A stretch of DNA of 64,000 nt, from positions 591,412-655,411 of the forward strand of contig RHPI01002402.1 of NCBI GenBank assembly GCA_009103225.1, read 5' to 3'. The notes beneath the pieces were generated by a model. The model was not told the origin of the DNA, did not search any database, and worked only from the letters and a program-made list of their open reading frames with translations. Source of the stretch: Chlorokybus atmophyticus (Eukaryota; Plantae; Mesostigma and Chlorokybus algae). The position numbers and the translations under genes are program-made. Position 1 is the stretch's first letter. Every line of letters begins with the position of its first letter. Positions 37,081-49,552 of the stretch are shown piece after piece.

Positions 37081-39257
37081 ATGAGCAGGCGCCGCCGTAG
37101 CGGCAGTGGCAGCGGTGCAGCAGCAGACTTGGCTGCTGGTGAGTGAGTGAGCTGGTACTGGACTGAGTCTCTGACATAAAACGCAAGCGTGTGTTGCTCC
37201 ATGCAAGCTGCAAAGGCAGTAAGTTTGCAGCTTGCCTTTTAAGACGCTTTATATGACATAACGCATCTGTTGAAACGGAGAGGGGGATGTTGCCGTAACA
37301 AGTAGTAGCACACAAGTACACAGCGTTGTATCGCTCACCCAAGTCTTTTCATGCTTGTCCTGCAAGGTGATGGCTTGTTCTCAGTTGCATACCACGCTGC
37401 ACCTGTAAGCCACCTGATCAAATGTTTAGAGCGCACGTTACTTGTGTGCGTGCGCGCATCATGATGCGCGCAGGTTCATGCAACAGGGAAACGTGCGCAA
37501 CGCAGCGGTCATGATAATACGCACACCACGCGAACATTCTTGTGTTTCATGTCCCTGCGGTTCACGTTCACTGATGACACTCACATGCGTGTTCCCTCGC
37601 ACTCACTCAGGAGCAAAAGCAAGCTCGTCACGGCAAAGGGAAGGAGCACAAGACTCCGTCATCATAGACTTGGACGCGTTTCGGTTCAGCGCCAGCGTTA
37701 CGCCTGCGGGAGGCTCACCCGCGAAGAAGCTCAGACCGCTCGATGATGACGCCTTGCGAAGCAACAACAACAGCCGCAATCAGGCGATCACTATTGCTGC
37801 AAAAGACAGCACTCCACAGCAGCAACATGAGGATATGAAGGTCGCTGTGTCGCTGACAATGTTGCCTCACCCGCCCGCTGCGGTGCTCAAAGTCCCGCAT
37901 GACCTGCATCTCTTGCCGCCGCCCTTCATTTCACCTGCACCCGGTACGGTCGCGTGCATGCGTGCATGTGTGCATTCTGTACCACCATGTGAGATGAGAC
38001 ACGACAACAGTGCAGGCAGGTGGAGGGAGAAGTACTCCTCCGTGTGCGAGACGTGTCACAAGGGGCGGGTGACGTGCCTGCACTACTCCGAGCTGCCGCT
38101 ACGGCTGCTGCTCGTTGGCCACAACCCGTCCGAACACGCCTACGCCAGCGGCTTCTTCTACAGGTACGGCACTGTAGAAATGCTACTAGGAGAGTACATT
38201 GTGATGACACAACGTGCGTACGCAGCAACCCCACTAACAACATGCTCAAGCTGCTTCGTGAGAGTGGCCTGATGCGCAAAGACTGGCCCCTCGATTGGCA
38301 GAACCGCATGCCTGCCCAGCTTGGCATCGGCTTCACGGGTATGGTTGACTTCGCTTTAGGGAGGAATGGTTTGTTGGTCATGGCAAGTGTTCTCCCTTAT
38401 CTAACGGCTGACTGCCTTCACCATGCGTAGATATCGGCACTGTGCCAGGCAACGACGGTGAGTAAGCAAGTTGGCACAATGGCAAGGCAGAGAGTTGTGG
38501 ATGTTTGTGAGTGTATCTGTGTATGTGTGTATGCGTGTATGCGGGCGCACGTGCGCCCATCATGTGGCGCGTGGGTATTCACAAAGGTCATTTGTTCCAT
38601 CTACAGCGAGCAAGTACAGCCGTGAAGTAATGGTGCAATGGCGGCAAGACTTCTTCAAACGCCTGTTGGTAAGTAACGTGTTGCAAGTCACGGTGGCGGC
38701 TCACTTGAGCGAGGGGCACATTGTCAGCACTACTTTCTTGCACTTGTAGCGTAGGCACTGTGGCATAGTATAGTATACTTTCCGCCCTGCAGGCCCACGT
38801 GCAGCGGGCACACTTGTGGGCCACCAGCTCTGGAGCCAACATCAACAACAGCAGCAGCAGCAGGTAAGAACTGCAGAGTACTATCCCTCTGCGCACATCC
38901 CTTCACCATTTGCCCAATCACAACTCCCAACTCACCACCCGTCCTCTGACTCTTACCACCGACTGCAGTCCCCGCATCATTGCCTTCACCGGCAAGCGCC
39001 AATGGCTCGAGCTCTTCGACCGTCCTCCTCTTCATCGCCCTTTCGGTCCTCAGCCGTCTCAATGCCGTCCGCCGGGGTGGCCGCTGGATGACGACAATCA
39101 CGAGGTGTGGGTGCTGCCGAGCTCCAGCGGACGGGCCGTCATGACCAAGGAGGAGAGACTGGGACCGTATAGATGCCTGGCGGAGAGAGTGGGGGAGATA
39201 CCGTGGACGCAGGAGGGGTGTGGAGAGAAGGGGGAGAGGGATGAGGGGGTCACGTGA
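37081..39257 (+). CDS. MUG: G:T/U mismatch DNA glycosylase (MUG/TDG, UDG family 2)
   Basis: Exon 1 37081-37138 (MSRRRRSG...). Later exons carry LRLLLVGHNPSEHAYASGFFY|SNPTN, GIGFT|DIGTVPG, PRIIAFTGKRQW and VWVLPSSSGRA. Confidence 0.88.
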
Positions 39258-39363
39258 GCTGCCATGGTGTGTGGGTAGGGGTGGGCGTTTGTGTACTATG
39301 CTTGTGCTTGTGAATTTGCAGTTGACCTGCGATCAGTAGCATCGGGGGGGGGGGGGGGGGGGN

Positions 39364-39511
39364 TCTTCACACAGCGCAGGCACTGTCAGTACCGACTCGG
39401 CTCATCGTCTGGAGCGAGTCCCTTCTGTGAACTCGGTGCCTGTGCGGGACCCTAGCCGAGATCCAAGAAAAGCAGCTGCTGCAGCTGCTGCCTCTCCTAC
39501 AATACCTGAAG
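39364..39511 (+). other. Exact 148-bp copy of 45460-45607 (CID gene last exon), probable assembly artefact
   Basis: Identical sequence, preceded by a G-run and an N and followed by a G-run. The length is close to a short-read length. Confidence 0.8.
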
Positions 39512-40057
39512 GGGGGCCCTGCGCTGCTTTGTTCCAAGTCTGTACATTGGTTGGGGGGCGTTGTCTTCTCAGCTGGTGTATGCGTTGCAGTGAGCTTATG
39601 CAAACAGAGGTCTAGTGCGCCTCCAATGTGGTATAGTCGTTGTGGCACAACATTGCAAGCAATCAAGGTCATTGGTTGCTGCACTACATAGGATGTGCTT
39701 TGTTACATGACATCATTTGCCACTGTCTGTTCTTGAGGCATTGTGAGACGTTATATGCAGACGATAATGCACATGGTTGCCAAACCAATCAGCCTACTTA
39801 CCACACAGCCTGCCAGGAACCCAGCCTGTAAACGTGTCAATCATGGCCTGTTCCTGTCAATCAGTGAGTCAGCATTGCGTAAAAACAGTAGGCGACCAGA
39901 GTTGGGAGGCTGTACAAGGATCAAACTGAGTGCACATACCACGCCCATAGCCAACAGGCATGGATGTTGCATGCGCGCAAATAACATCTTGTAAACAACT
40001 CATGCAACAAATCCGCTATGCACACTACACCTAACACTCTAGAGCAAGCAGTCTGCG

Positions 40058-42376
40058 CTACGTGTTCAACAGCCGCTGCAAATCAAAGACCTCCCCTTGG
40101 TTGCCATTGCAATTTCTCAACTCCGCCTGACAGGCGCCAAGTTGCCGCAACAACTGCTCCAGCACCGGTTGAGTGGATGGGCTCCCGTGCTGTAGCACTG
40201 CTGCGTTGACGGTGTCTGCAACAGCCTCCCTTTGAGAGAACTGCAAGAGAGACGCTAAGGGAGACTCCTCAGGATGCTCGTAAGCAAGCAACGCCACAAC
40301 GTCCTGTTCCATACACCAGAGCTGCTCAGCCTTGCACAGCAGTATCTCTTGCGATGAACAAGAATAGCAATCCAAGCATACCTGTAGTGTTTGGTCGCGT
40401 GATGGTAATTGATCACGAAACCTGGACAGAACGGATTGTGCAAACTCGACAGCTTCTGTCACTGAACTCGTCTGCACACCAACATTATGAGCGTCTCAAA
40501 ACCATGCCATTGCAGCTTTGCCAGAAAGTAATACATATGTATATGCTGAGTATTGCACCTGAATGAGCTCAATAAACTTCTGGCAGTTGAGGGCAAACTG
40601 CACGCCAGTGTTATCATCCTGTGAACATAAATCAGCATCATAGTGATGTGCGATTGACGACTACCTGAAGATCAAGACTGACCTCAAGGATGGATGGATA
40701 GTCCTGCTGCACACGACTTAGCGCCTCATCTATGTCACCCGTTACAATCAACTGCCCCATGTGTTAACCAGTTAGACGATTGTCGCATCACGCAGTCATG
40801 CCAAGTCAACAAATTGATGGAGCATTCACCTGCCGCAAAGCCTTGCGTTCGGCCAAAGCAAAACACGGGCTATTGTCGTGTGATGCATCGCCATTGCAGG
40901 CGTTGCCATTGCTGCTAGGAAAGTGTTTTTCGGGTGCATCCGCAACCAGGCCACACGCCGCGTCAAGTGCTGATAAGGTGTCTGTGTAACCGTAATACTG
41001 CAGGTAGTCTCGGACAACCCTGAGGGCAAGTAGCGCATGTTGGAGAGAGGAGTGCAAGGGATGCTTTCCAAAGACAACCTCAAGCTCATCTCCTGCGCAA
41101 CATTTGCTGCAATTGACATCCTTACCCATGAGGCACGCCGATTGGCATATGCACGGCTGCTATAGCTTTGGCCTGGTGCTCGCGCTCTTCACTTAGCAGT
41201 GCCTGCAGTGTGCCATGCAGGAACCTGTCTTCAGCAGTGCAAACACAGAAAGCCTACCAAACCAGGTCCTTGTCAACGAAGCGTACCTCAAGGTCAAGAA
41301 CGAATGGTTTTTTACCAAAGTTGACTTCCACCCTGATGCCAGCAGGCCAAGTTTAGAGCGTGTTGCAGCGTACATTGCAGTGCAGGGAGTACATACCTTT
41401 CATTGCGACTGTGCAAGGCAGCAGTTGGGTACAGCACACTATTGACATCCCTGAATGCAACGCTCAACATTTTGCCATTCTTCCTGTCAAGCAACAAACT
41501 TCAGTACAACATGTCGCTCACATGCAGCCCCAGCAACCTGTCAAACGACTAACATACGTGAAAAATATTTCATGGTTCTGAAGATGCAGCCCGGCACCGA
41601 CTGTATCTCCAGTAGTAAACGTAGGCCCATAAGCCTCGCCTTTCCCACTTGCGTGGTACTTGCGCCCATCATCACCATGGTATCCATACCCATTTGCTTC
41701 CCAACTGCAGGGTCAACACCAGCGCTCAGCTTTGCCATAGTAGACTGTTCTACCCTGCCATCTTGCAAGCACACCTACCCTGGTTGCCGCTTAAAGTTGA
41801 AGGTGCTGTCGGTGAAGCCAATGGCAATGCAGCCGCGCTCACCGGCATCTACCACTGTCAGCTCGAAATAATACACCATGCGGCGTGTAGGCACGGGTCG
41901 GTTGGCCTGGATGGCGCCAACATCATTGCCATGATGATTTGGAATGTCAGGGCCGCGATACCTGCAAGACAGCTTGTCTTTGTCCACCTGCAATGCACAC
42001 GAACACTAGCTTGGTAAACATGTATTACACCGTGCTCATGCACATACCATGCACCGCTGCCCATCATGAATCATGAGTACAGCTGATTGTAAGCACAAGC
42101 CTACGTCAGCAAGATTGGCGATACCAAACTACCACGTCAAGCAGTTCTGTGTTAGGTCATATTATGAGCAAGGCAATCTAAGACAGGGATGCACGACTCT
42201 CTTGCGCTGAGTGTGATCCCTGTCTGGGCTGCTCCCAAACTTGGTAACTACAACCTTCAAACGATAAGCAACCTGATGTGACTAACCTCCAGAAACTTGC
42301 CGAAGTTCAGCGTGTTGAGTTCTGTCGGACTCTCGTCATCGTCATACACGACAGAATTACGTATCCCGCCCCCCAT
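40058..42376 (-). CDS. RanBPM: Ran-binding protein M / RanBP9-10 (SPRY-LisH-CTLH-CRA; GID/CTLH complex)
   Basis: SPRY: GNDVGAIQANRPVP...YYFELTV..G.RGCIAIGF....KRQPG. LisH: VVRDYLQYYGYTDTLSAL. CRA: DVVALLAYEHPEESPLASLL...REAVADTVNAAVL...LEQLLRQL. Confidence 0.93.
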
Positions 42377-43586
42377 GGACTCGCATGAGCAGCGCCAGCT
42401 TGAACCGCGGCAGAAGCAGTGCACAGACCGGAGCAACTTGTTCTGCCAAACCGTCGCTGAGCTTATGATGGGTCAACATCAACATATACTGTGCGTTCGT
42501 GGCATGCAACACGACGAGTGCCAAGACAGATCACGAAGCACGAAGCGAACCGCAGGAGACAACCAAACTGAAGAACACGCAGGGTTGGGTATGCACCCAC
42601 AGCAACACCACTACACGATCAAGATGCCAGCAAGCATAGACCTAGCAGTAACAACGCATACATCAAGCAATAACACTCTGCTACAATTTGCCACGGAGCC
42701 AACAGCCGCGTGCTCAAGGCCTCACCTGCTGCAGCCTCCTTAGCACAGCGCCGCAAATCAGAGCAAGACGGAGCGCAGCCCACAAGGAAACCCAGAGACC
42801 AACAACAACCAACAACCAGCCAAACAGCTCCGTCACAGCTTCAAGCTGACTGTAGGCACCACTCAACCCCACCGGCGTCTAAGCGTGAGCCAACGCCAAC
42901 GCTGCCGCTTGCATTGGCCAGCATGCAGCGAATGCAGTTTGCCACTTGCTTGGGGCGTCCAGTGCAGGCTTGCGCACTGTGGAGTACTGGTGTCACGCGC
43001 GGTCGGGCATCCGCTTTCCCGCAAGCAGGGTGGTGTAGGGTTTTGTACCGGTGGTGAAAGAGGGCGGCGGCGGAGGAGAATGGTTGGGCTGGCCACTTCA
43101 GCAGGCATCCGTTGTTGCATGTCATGTAGTACTAGTTGATAACATCGTGTGACTGGGTGGGGCGCTTCGAGCCCGGTCTCCGCGCATTGCAGCTCTGTCC
43201 AGCAGGTTCGCTTCAACGCTTGTGGGGTGGTTTGACAGTGTATGCTGTTTGAGCGTGAACAGAACGTGACCCCACTTCTGCACAGGGTTGTAGATTAGTG
43301 CTTACTTTAGCTCGAAGTGTTATGGAACAATTGTTGCACTCAGGCCCCTTTTTACTGCGTGCTGCATTTGCTCCTGAACATGTGAGAGCGGCATCTACAT
43401 TGAGAAACGGCAAGCAAGTTCCCGGTCACACATGCATGGTTGCTTAGTACATTATAGTATAGTAAAGTATATGCACCTCATCATACCAGAGCATGCACTG
43501 AGCATGTAATTTGTGTCCGGGTTAGGGTGGTCTTACGCCATCTAGTGCTGGTAATGATGCTATGAACAATTGCACAGACCGTCGCG

Positions 43587-46035
43587 ATGTTGCAGGACAG
43601 TATGGAACCATCGACCTATTCTGATGACATCCTCGTCAACAAGCTGAAAGAGCTGTCGTCAACGCAGAACAGCATTGCGAGTATCCACCAGTGTTTTTGA
43701 TGTTGACCTCATCCCCCCNNNNNNNNNNNNNNNNNNNNNNNNNNNNNNNNNNNNNNNNNNNNNNNNNNNNNNNNNNNNNNNNNNNNNNNNNNNNNNNNNN
43801 NNNNNNNNNNNNNNNNNNNNNNNNNNNNNNNNNNNNNNNNNNNNNNNNNNNNNNNNNNNNNNNNNNNNNNNNNNNNNNNNNNNNCGCCTTCCCAGCATCG
43901 ATAGCTCTATGCCCGTGGAAGAGTTTGTGAATCCCTAACAATCGGCTAGGTCTGTCCGGGTGGTGCCTCAACTTCCGTGACAAAGCCAAGCGGATAGTGA
44001 CCATCTGGGAGAATGAGTTCAAGACAGGTGCAGCAGCATGTTGGCATGCACAGCACTTCAAGCAACCAATCTGCCGTTGCATGCCACCACCACCTTATAT
44101 ATACGTGCAAGGCAATGATGGAGCTTACGCAGTCTGGTTTAGGATAACGTGCTCTAATGTTGCCTCTTCTATCGCTTGTTTGGCAGCCTCCGACAAGAAG
44201 AAGCTAGCCTTCGTGTACCTGGCCAACGATATTGTTCAAACCAGCCGCAAGCATGGCCCAGAGTTTATCAGTCCTTTCTGGTCAATACTCCCTCGAGCGC
44301 TGAAGCACTTGTTGCGGTGAGAATAACTGTTGTTGATATGCAGGCCGCTCATTGCAGTGTTGTCACCAACGGCAGCTTATATTGATGTGCTGCACTAGGC
44401 ATGGAGACCAAAAAATTGAACAAACTTTGCAACGGATGCTGAAAATATGGGAAGAGCGCAGAGTATTTGGATCGTCAGCCATCAATAACCTACGAGCTGA
44501 GTTGTTTGAGGGTCGTATTGGCAGCCTAGCAAGCCCCAAGAGTCCTCGTAGTCCTCACAGTCCCAAGAGCCCAACACCATCGCTTCTTCGCAAGGTATAC
44601 ACCCTCGAGTTTGACTTGTCATTGTTGGTTGAAGCGCGTGTTGCCCTTATGTCGAGTGGCACTGCAGGGATGTTGATGTTATGGTGTTGTACAGGATTCT
44701 TCAGAATTGCATGACTTGGGCCACTTGCTGGCAACATTAAGAGATGAAACAGAGCTTGACAGAGGTAACAGGGGAGAAATTGATGAGTTAATCGACACGA
44801 ACATGCTTGGGGAAGACGCCATAGAATTTGCAGCAGGTATCGAGCAATCAGCATGTCTGTAATGGTCGCTGTTTGCTATACTGTGGTGGCAGCTTGCAAG
44901 GCTCCCATTGCAGTGTGTCAGCGCTGTCCCGCAAGCTGGCAGCTAAGTATGTCAATGACGAGCAGTTGTCACTGCAGAATCTGGCCAGCTAGGTGTCTTG
45001 GGACAGGAGCTGGCAGGCTTAGAAAAGAAGCTGAAGGCACACATGGCACGACTGGAGGCCACACAGCGGCGCCGCACATCTGTGCTTATTGCTTTGAGAT
45101 CGGAGGTTGCCAATCAGGTTGCTGTCATGGTCAGCATTGAAGTTGGCAACACCACCTTGTATGCATGTTATAGTCTGAGGCCAGATTGCCAAAACATCAT
45201 CACTTGGGTTCGTGCTCTATATGTAGTACTGAGGGCACACATGCCTTGCTTGCCGAGATCTCTATTAACCGCATAATCTGTAGGAACGTGACTTGGACAA
45301 GACTAAGGACGACCTTAAGGTACTGCCATGATATGCTGCTGTAACTGCATCGTGCATGCACTAACTGGCTTGGACGATGGGCAGGCTTGCGAGTCTGAGC
45401 TTTCAGGGATTGATGCACAACGAAGCCGCTTAGCAGCTTCCTCCAATGCTGCACAGCCGTCTTCACACAGCGCAGGCACTGTCAGTACCGACTCGGCTCA
45501 TCGTCTGGAGCGAGTCCCTTCTGTGAACTCGGTGCCTGTGCGGGACCCTAGCCGAGATCCAAGAAAAGCAGCTGCTGCAGCTGCTGCCTCTCCTACAATA
45601 CCTGAAGCGGTTGCAGTGACTGCAGCTGCCCCAGCAGGTGCAGTTGCTGCTGCAGCCGTGGCGACAGCAGCAGCTCCAGCAAACGGGGCAGATGAAATCG
45701 CAGACCAACTTGTGAGCTCTTCCACATCAGCGGAGCTGCTCACGTCTTTGCTCTCTCAGTTAGGCGGTCAAGCTGATGTGGTGGCTCAATTTCTCAACAA
45801 TGAACCCTCAGTGCATGAGCCAGCAGAGAAACGGCAGCGTACTAGTGTAGATGACACTAGTGGATTTGGTGGCATGCCAGGCGTGGAACACACAACATCT
45901 GTTCAGCACATTCAACACCAGCCGCCTGAGAACGGCCACCCCTCGATGTCCATGCCACCGGACAGTGCGCCCCCTGGGTTTGGCCAAGCATATCAGCCTT
46001 TTGGACATGTAGCCCAGAGGCAAAATTTCTACTGA
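43587..46035 (+). CDS. CID-domain protein (RPRD1/2, Rtt103-like RNA Pol II CTD-binding)
   Basis: KLKELSSTQNSIA|SLSGWCL, KLAFVYLANDIVQTSRK, RMLKIWEERRVFG, followed by a coiled coil and an A/P-rich tail. Intron 1 contains a 166-N gap (43719-43884). Start is 43587 or 43602. Confidence 0.9.
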
Positions 46036-49000
46036 AGGACAGCGCTGCGTTTGCCAGAAGTCGACATGTGTGGGCAGCCCAAGCCATGGTAGACGTGTGC
46101 GTACTTATCCTGCTTCTTTCTTGAGGCCAGCCGTAGAGAGTGCATCCATGGCAGATGGTTGGTCTCAATTGTTCTCTTTCTTGATGCTCCTTTGGAAGTT
46201 GTCACATGCTCAGTTGAGCTGTTGATACACTGCCATTGTAAGCATGTCCACATTGCGGACATTGGGTGCCAGTCTGTGTCGGGGCGTCACACAAGTTGGT
46301 ATGGGCCAAACGTGGTACGAATGTATTGTCACATGCGCTCTGCAGGTTGTTGTTCGTGTTGCTATTGGTCGCCACACCTACTGCTCGCTCCTGCCGCTGC
46401 TCGAGGGTGTAGTACTAGCGTTTCTAGCCTTGTGGTCCTAGCTGTTCAGTCAACTCTGCCTTGGCCCCCATGCAGAATTATTTATTTCTGCACTTGCACA
46501 TTGCTTGCACAGAATCTACCGTGGCCCTGTGGGAAACCCTGGAAATTGCTTTACCGCAACTCTTCTGTTGGTTATGCATACACACCCGTTGTGATGATAG
46601 TATCGCGCACAAACCCCACCCACCCAAACCACTACCATCTGCATGACAGCCATGGCATGCTGTCGCACTGCCGCAGTGCCAAGGCTGTGTGTGCTGCATT
46701 CGCGGCTGCCGACGTTGTAGGTAATTGACAACATGTACGCATGTATAGACTTTCCAATGATACTTATGCAAGAAATGCACACAAACACACGAGCACAGGC
46801 ACGCATGCACAGCAGGAGAGATGAAACACTAGGATTTACAATCACACACACATCCTCACCGCGCACGCCCAAGACAGGCGCACTCAGTTAGTATGTGACT
46901 CACCCAGTGTCACCTAGTGTCACACTTCCCACAAGCACACGCAACAACCAACTCAGCAACAGGGACAGCCACACCATACACAATCAATTACAAGCGGCAG
47001 GGGCGACTAGGCTAGGTGAATGCTTGTAGCTAAGTGCATGCAAGGCGAAGGCGAAGGAAGGTGGACAGGCAGGCAAGGATAAGCAGCAGATCTGTGGCAA
47101 CGCAGGGATAGGCTTTAGGGAGGTGTGCAGGGCAGGGCAGTAGGTCAAGGCAAGCAAGTCAGCAAGGCGGGGAGGGCGGCGGCAGTCGTGTGCAGTGCCG
47201 TGAGTGCATGTATGCATCTCTCATACCATATGCATGCCTGACGGGGAGGTCTGAGGTAGTGTAGTCGGTTAGGTGTGTACTAGCAGCGTGTGATAGCCCG
47301 GTGGTGGTGCATGGTACCATATCAACGTGGTTGCGATTGTGCTGCTGTTTGGGTCATTCATGCTCCGAATTGCATTATGCATATCCTGTACACATCAACA
47401 ACACCCATCATAACGTAGGGGCAATGTCACACCTACTAGTATTTATTATTGATATTATACATGATGTGATGCAGCAACTGTGGTATGCAAATTCACAACA
47501 CATACAAATGGTATTTTGCACACGTTCAATGCCTGCATGCCACGCCACGGCACAAGTGCAATGCAGTAAGGTGAGTTTACTTTACGCCAATTGAATTAAA
47601 ACCACCGAGCTGCACTACCCTACCTTTCACTACCGATTCAACCCCACTCTGTTAATTATGCATGCACTGTCGCGGCTTACCCGCCACCTAATCATCTTTG
47701 CCGTAGTGAATGCATAAGGTATACATCGCAATGCACTCGGCACTCATGCGCACATACATGCACAAGCAAGAAGAACACATCAGCAATTGCTCCCGGGTTT
47801 TACAAATCAATTGCTATATGCGTTGTGCAAGTGCATCAAGAGGTGGTAAGAATCAAGCGGCAACCAACTTGAAACTCATTGCAACGATGCAAGGGAAGCG
47901 AGGTGGAGGCGAGTTTTTTGTCTTTAAAGACTAGACAACGTCAGCATTGGATTGGTGTGCGACCGGGTAAAAAGCTTTAGGAGAGAAATCATCATTAGCA
48001 GCAAAGGTAGGGGAACCACATAAATATGAGTAATTTCTTGTGCTGCAAGTGGTCGTCGGGCACCGGGTGTACTTCGCCCGCTTGTGGAAGTATGTGTAAT
48101 CCCACATCGAGTGCAATTCTTGGATTTATGTTTTAAGATTGTGAACACAAAGACAGTAAAACCTACAAGATGAATAGCATTTTGTTTGAATGAATTAAGT
48201 CGTAGACAACATATTACAATTTAGGCTGAGGGGTATAGCTTATATTTTTATGTTACCTCTCGAAGCCCACGTCGTGCATGCGTCCCTACTATTGCTCCAC
48301 TAATCGCTGTTGCTGTTGATGCGGTCGTATGCGGTGATGTTGTATTATGTGCTGCTGCTGTTGCACCTAGATTAACTTATGCAAGTGTCTGTGCATATGT
48401 GCGTTTAATACAATTATGAGCGGTGTATAGCCAAATACGTATCACACAATGTAATGAAAAGATTTATACATTAGGCCTCATGGTATATTCATCAAGCCTT
48501 GGCAATTTGAACCATAACTCATGGACTATGACACCTGACCTGGTAACATACCAGTGGTATGATACGACTGGCATTTTTAGCTGGTCACCACTGATGCGCA
48601 GCTGTTCCTGATGATTCAATGATTCATCGGGCTAGGGCACCAGCGGTCGTTGCCTGAAGGAGAGCAGCAAACGGCATGCAGTGAGTCATTTGTAATACAA
48701 CGGCTCCCCACCGATTGCGCTGAGGTTCAGCGGCTGAACCAACCTGCGTCTTTTAGCAGCAGGCGGGTGGCCCTACTTGGGCCGCTCAAGTACACGTGTG
48801 CCCACACCACATTTTGCGTACCTTCTTGGATACGTACAACCCCAAGCCACCGCCCTGCTCTGGACCTTAGCACAGCTTGATGTGTGCACCTGTGTATAGC
48901 AAACACTGGATCATCATCGTGTCAACGCCTCATTGCTGTGTGCTGTAAGCTAGCGGTCTAGCACCTGGCTTGTGGCACAGGTGCTCAAGCGTAAGGCACA

Positions 49001-49552
49001 CATCACACACCAGACTCACGCAGCTAGCTATGCAAGCTTTGCGCCAGACCAGTGGAGAATGCTGAGATGAAGTCGCCAGAACTTTACTATCACGCGTGTG
49101 TGTAGGACAGGATGCAAGCAAGTGAGTTTTACGCAGCTCTAAGTAGTATACGGCCTTGAGGTGATTCTGTAAAGAATGGAGCAAGGTGATGGTGCGCGCT
49201 GGTTCACGGGAGCGAGCCCAGGTAATAAAGTGTGCAAGCTCATGTTGCCTCACTCATGTTGTTAAAACTTCAAGACATACATACATTGATTGTGATCAAG
49301 CTGATCTGACCTAGCTTATGGCATTTAGGGTTGGAGACTAGAGCACACCGCACTGGCAGAAGAATAAACCCAGGTGAGTAGAGCAAGCATGCCTTGTGTC
49401 TTCAACAACTGCCTAGAGTAGGAAGCGGACATGTTCTGAGTGCAATAGTGTTTAAGTGTGAGTTGTGCGCGCGTGGATGCGCGAGGCACGCCATGTCAAC
49501 TTCATGTTGATGGTTGTTAATGCACGTGCGCATTTTGTGTTCTTACACGCAG

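Noticed and set aside
46029-47210. Possible minus-strand gene converging on the CID stop codon
   Set aside because: Donor-like sites and a short ORF exist, but I could not build a coherent frame.
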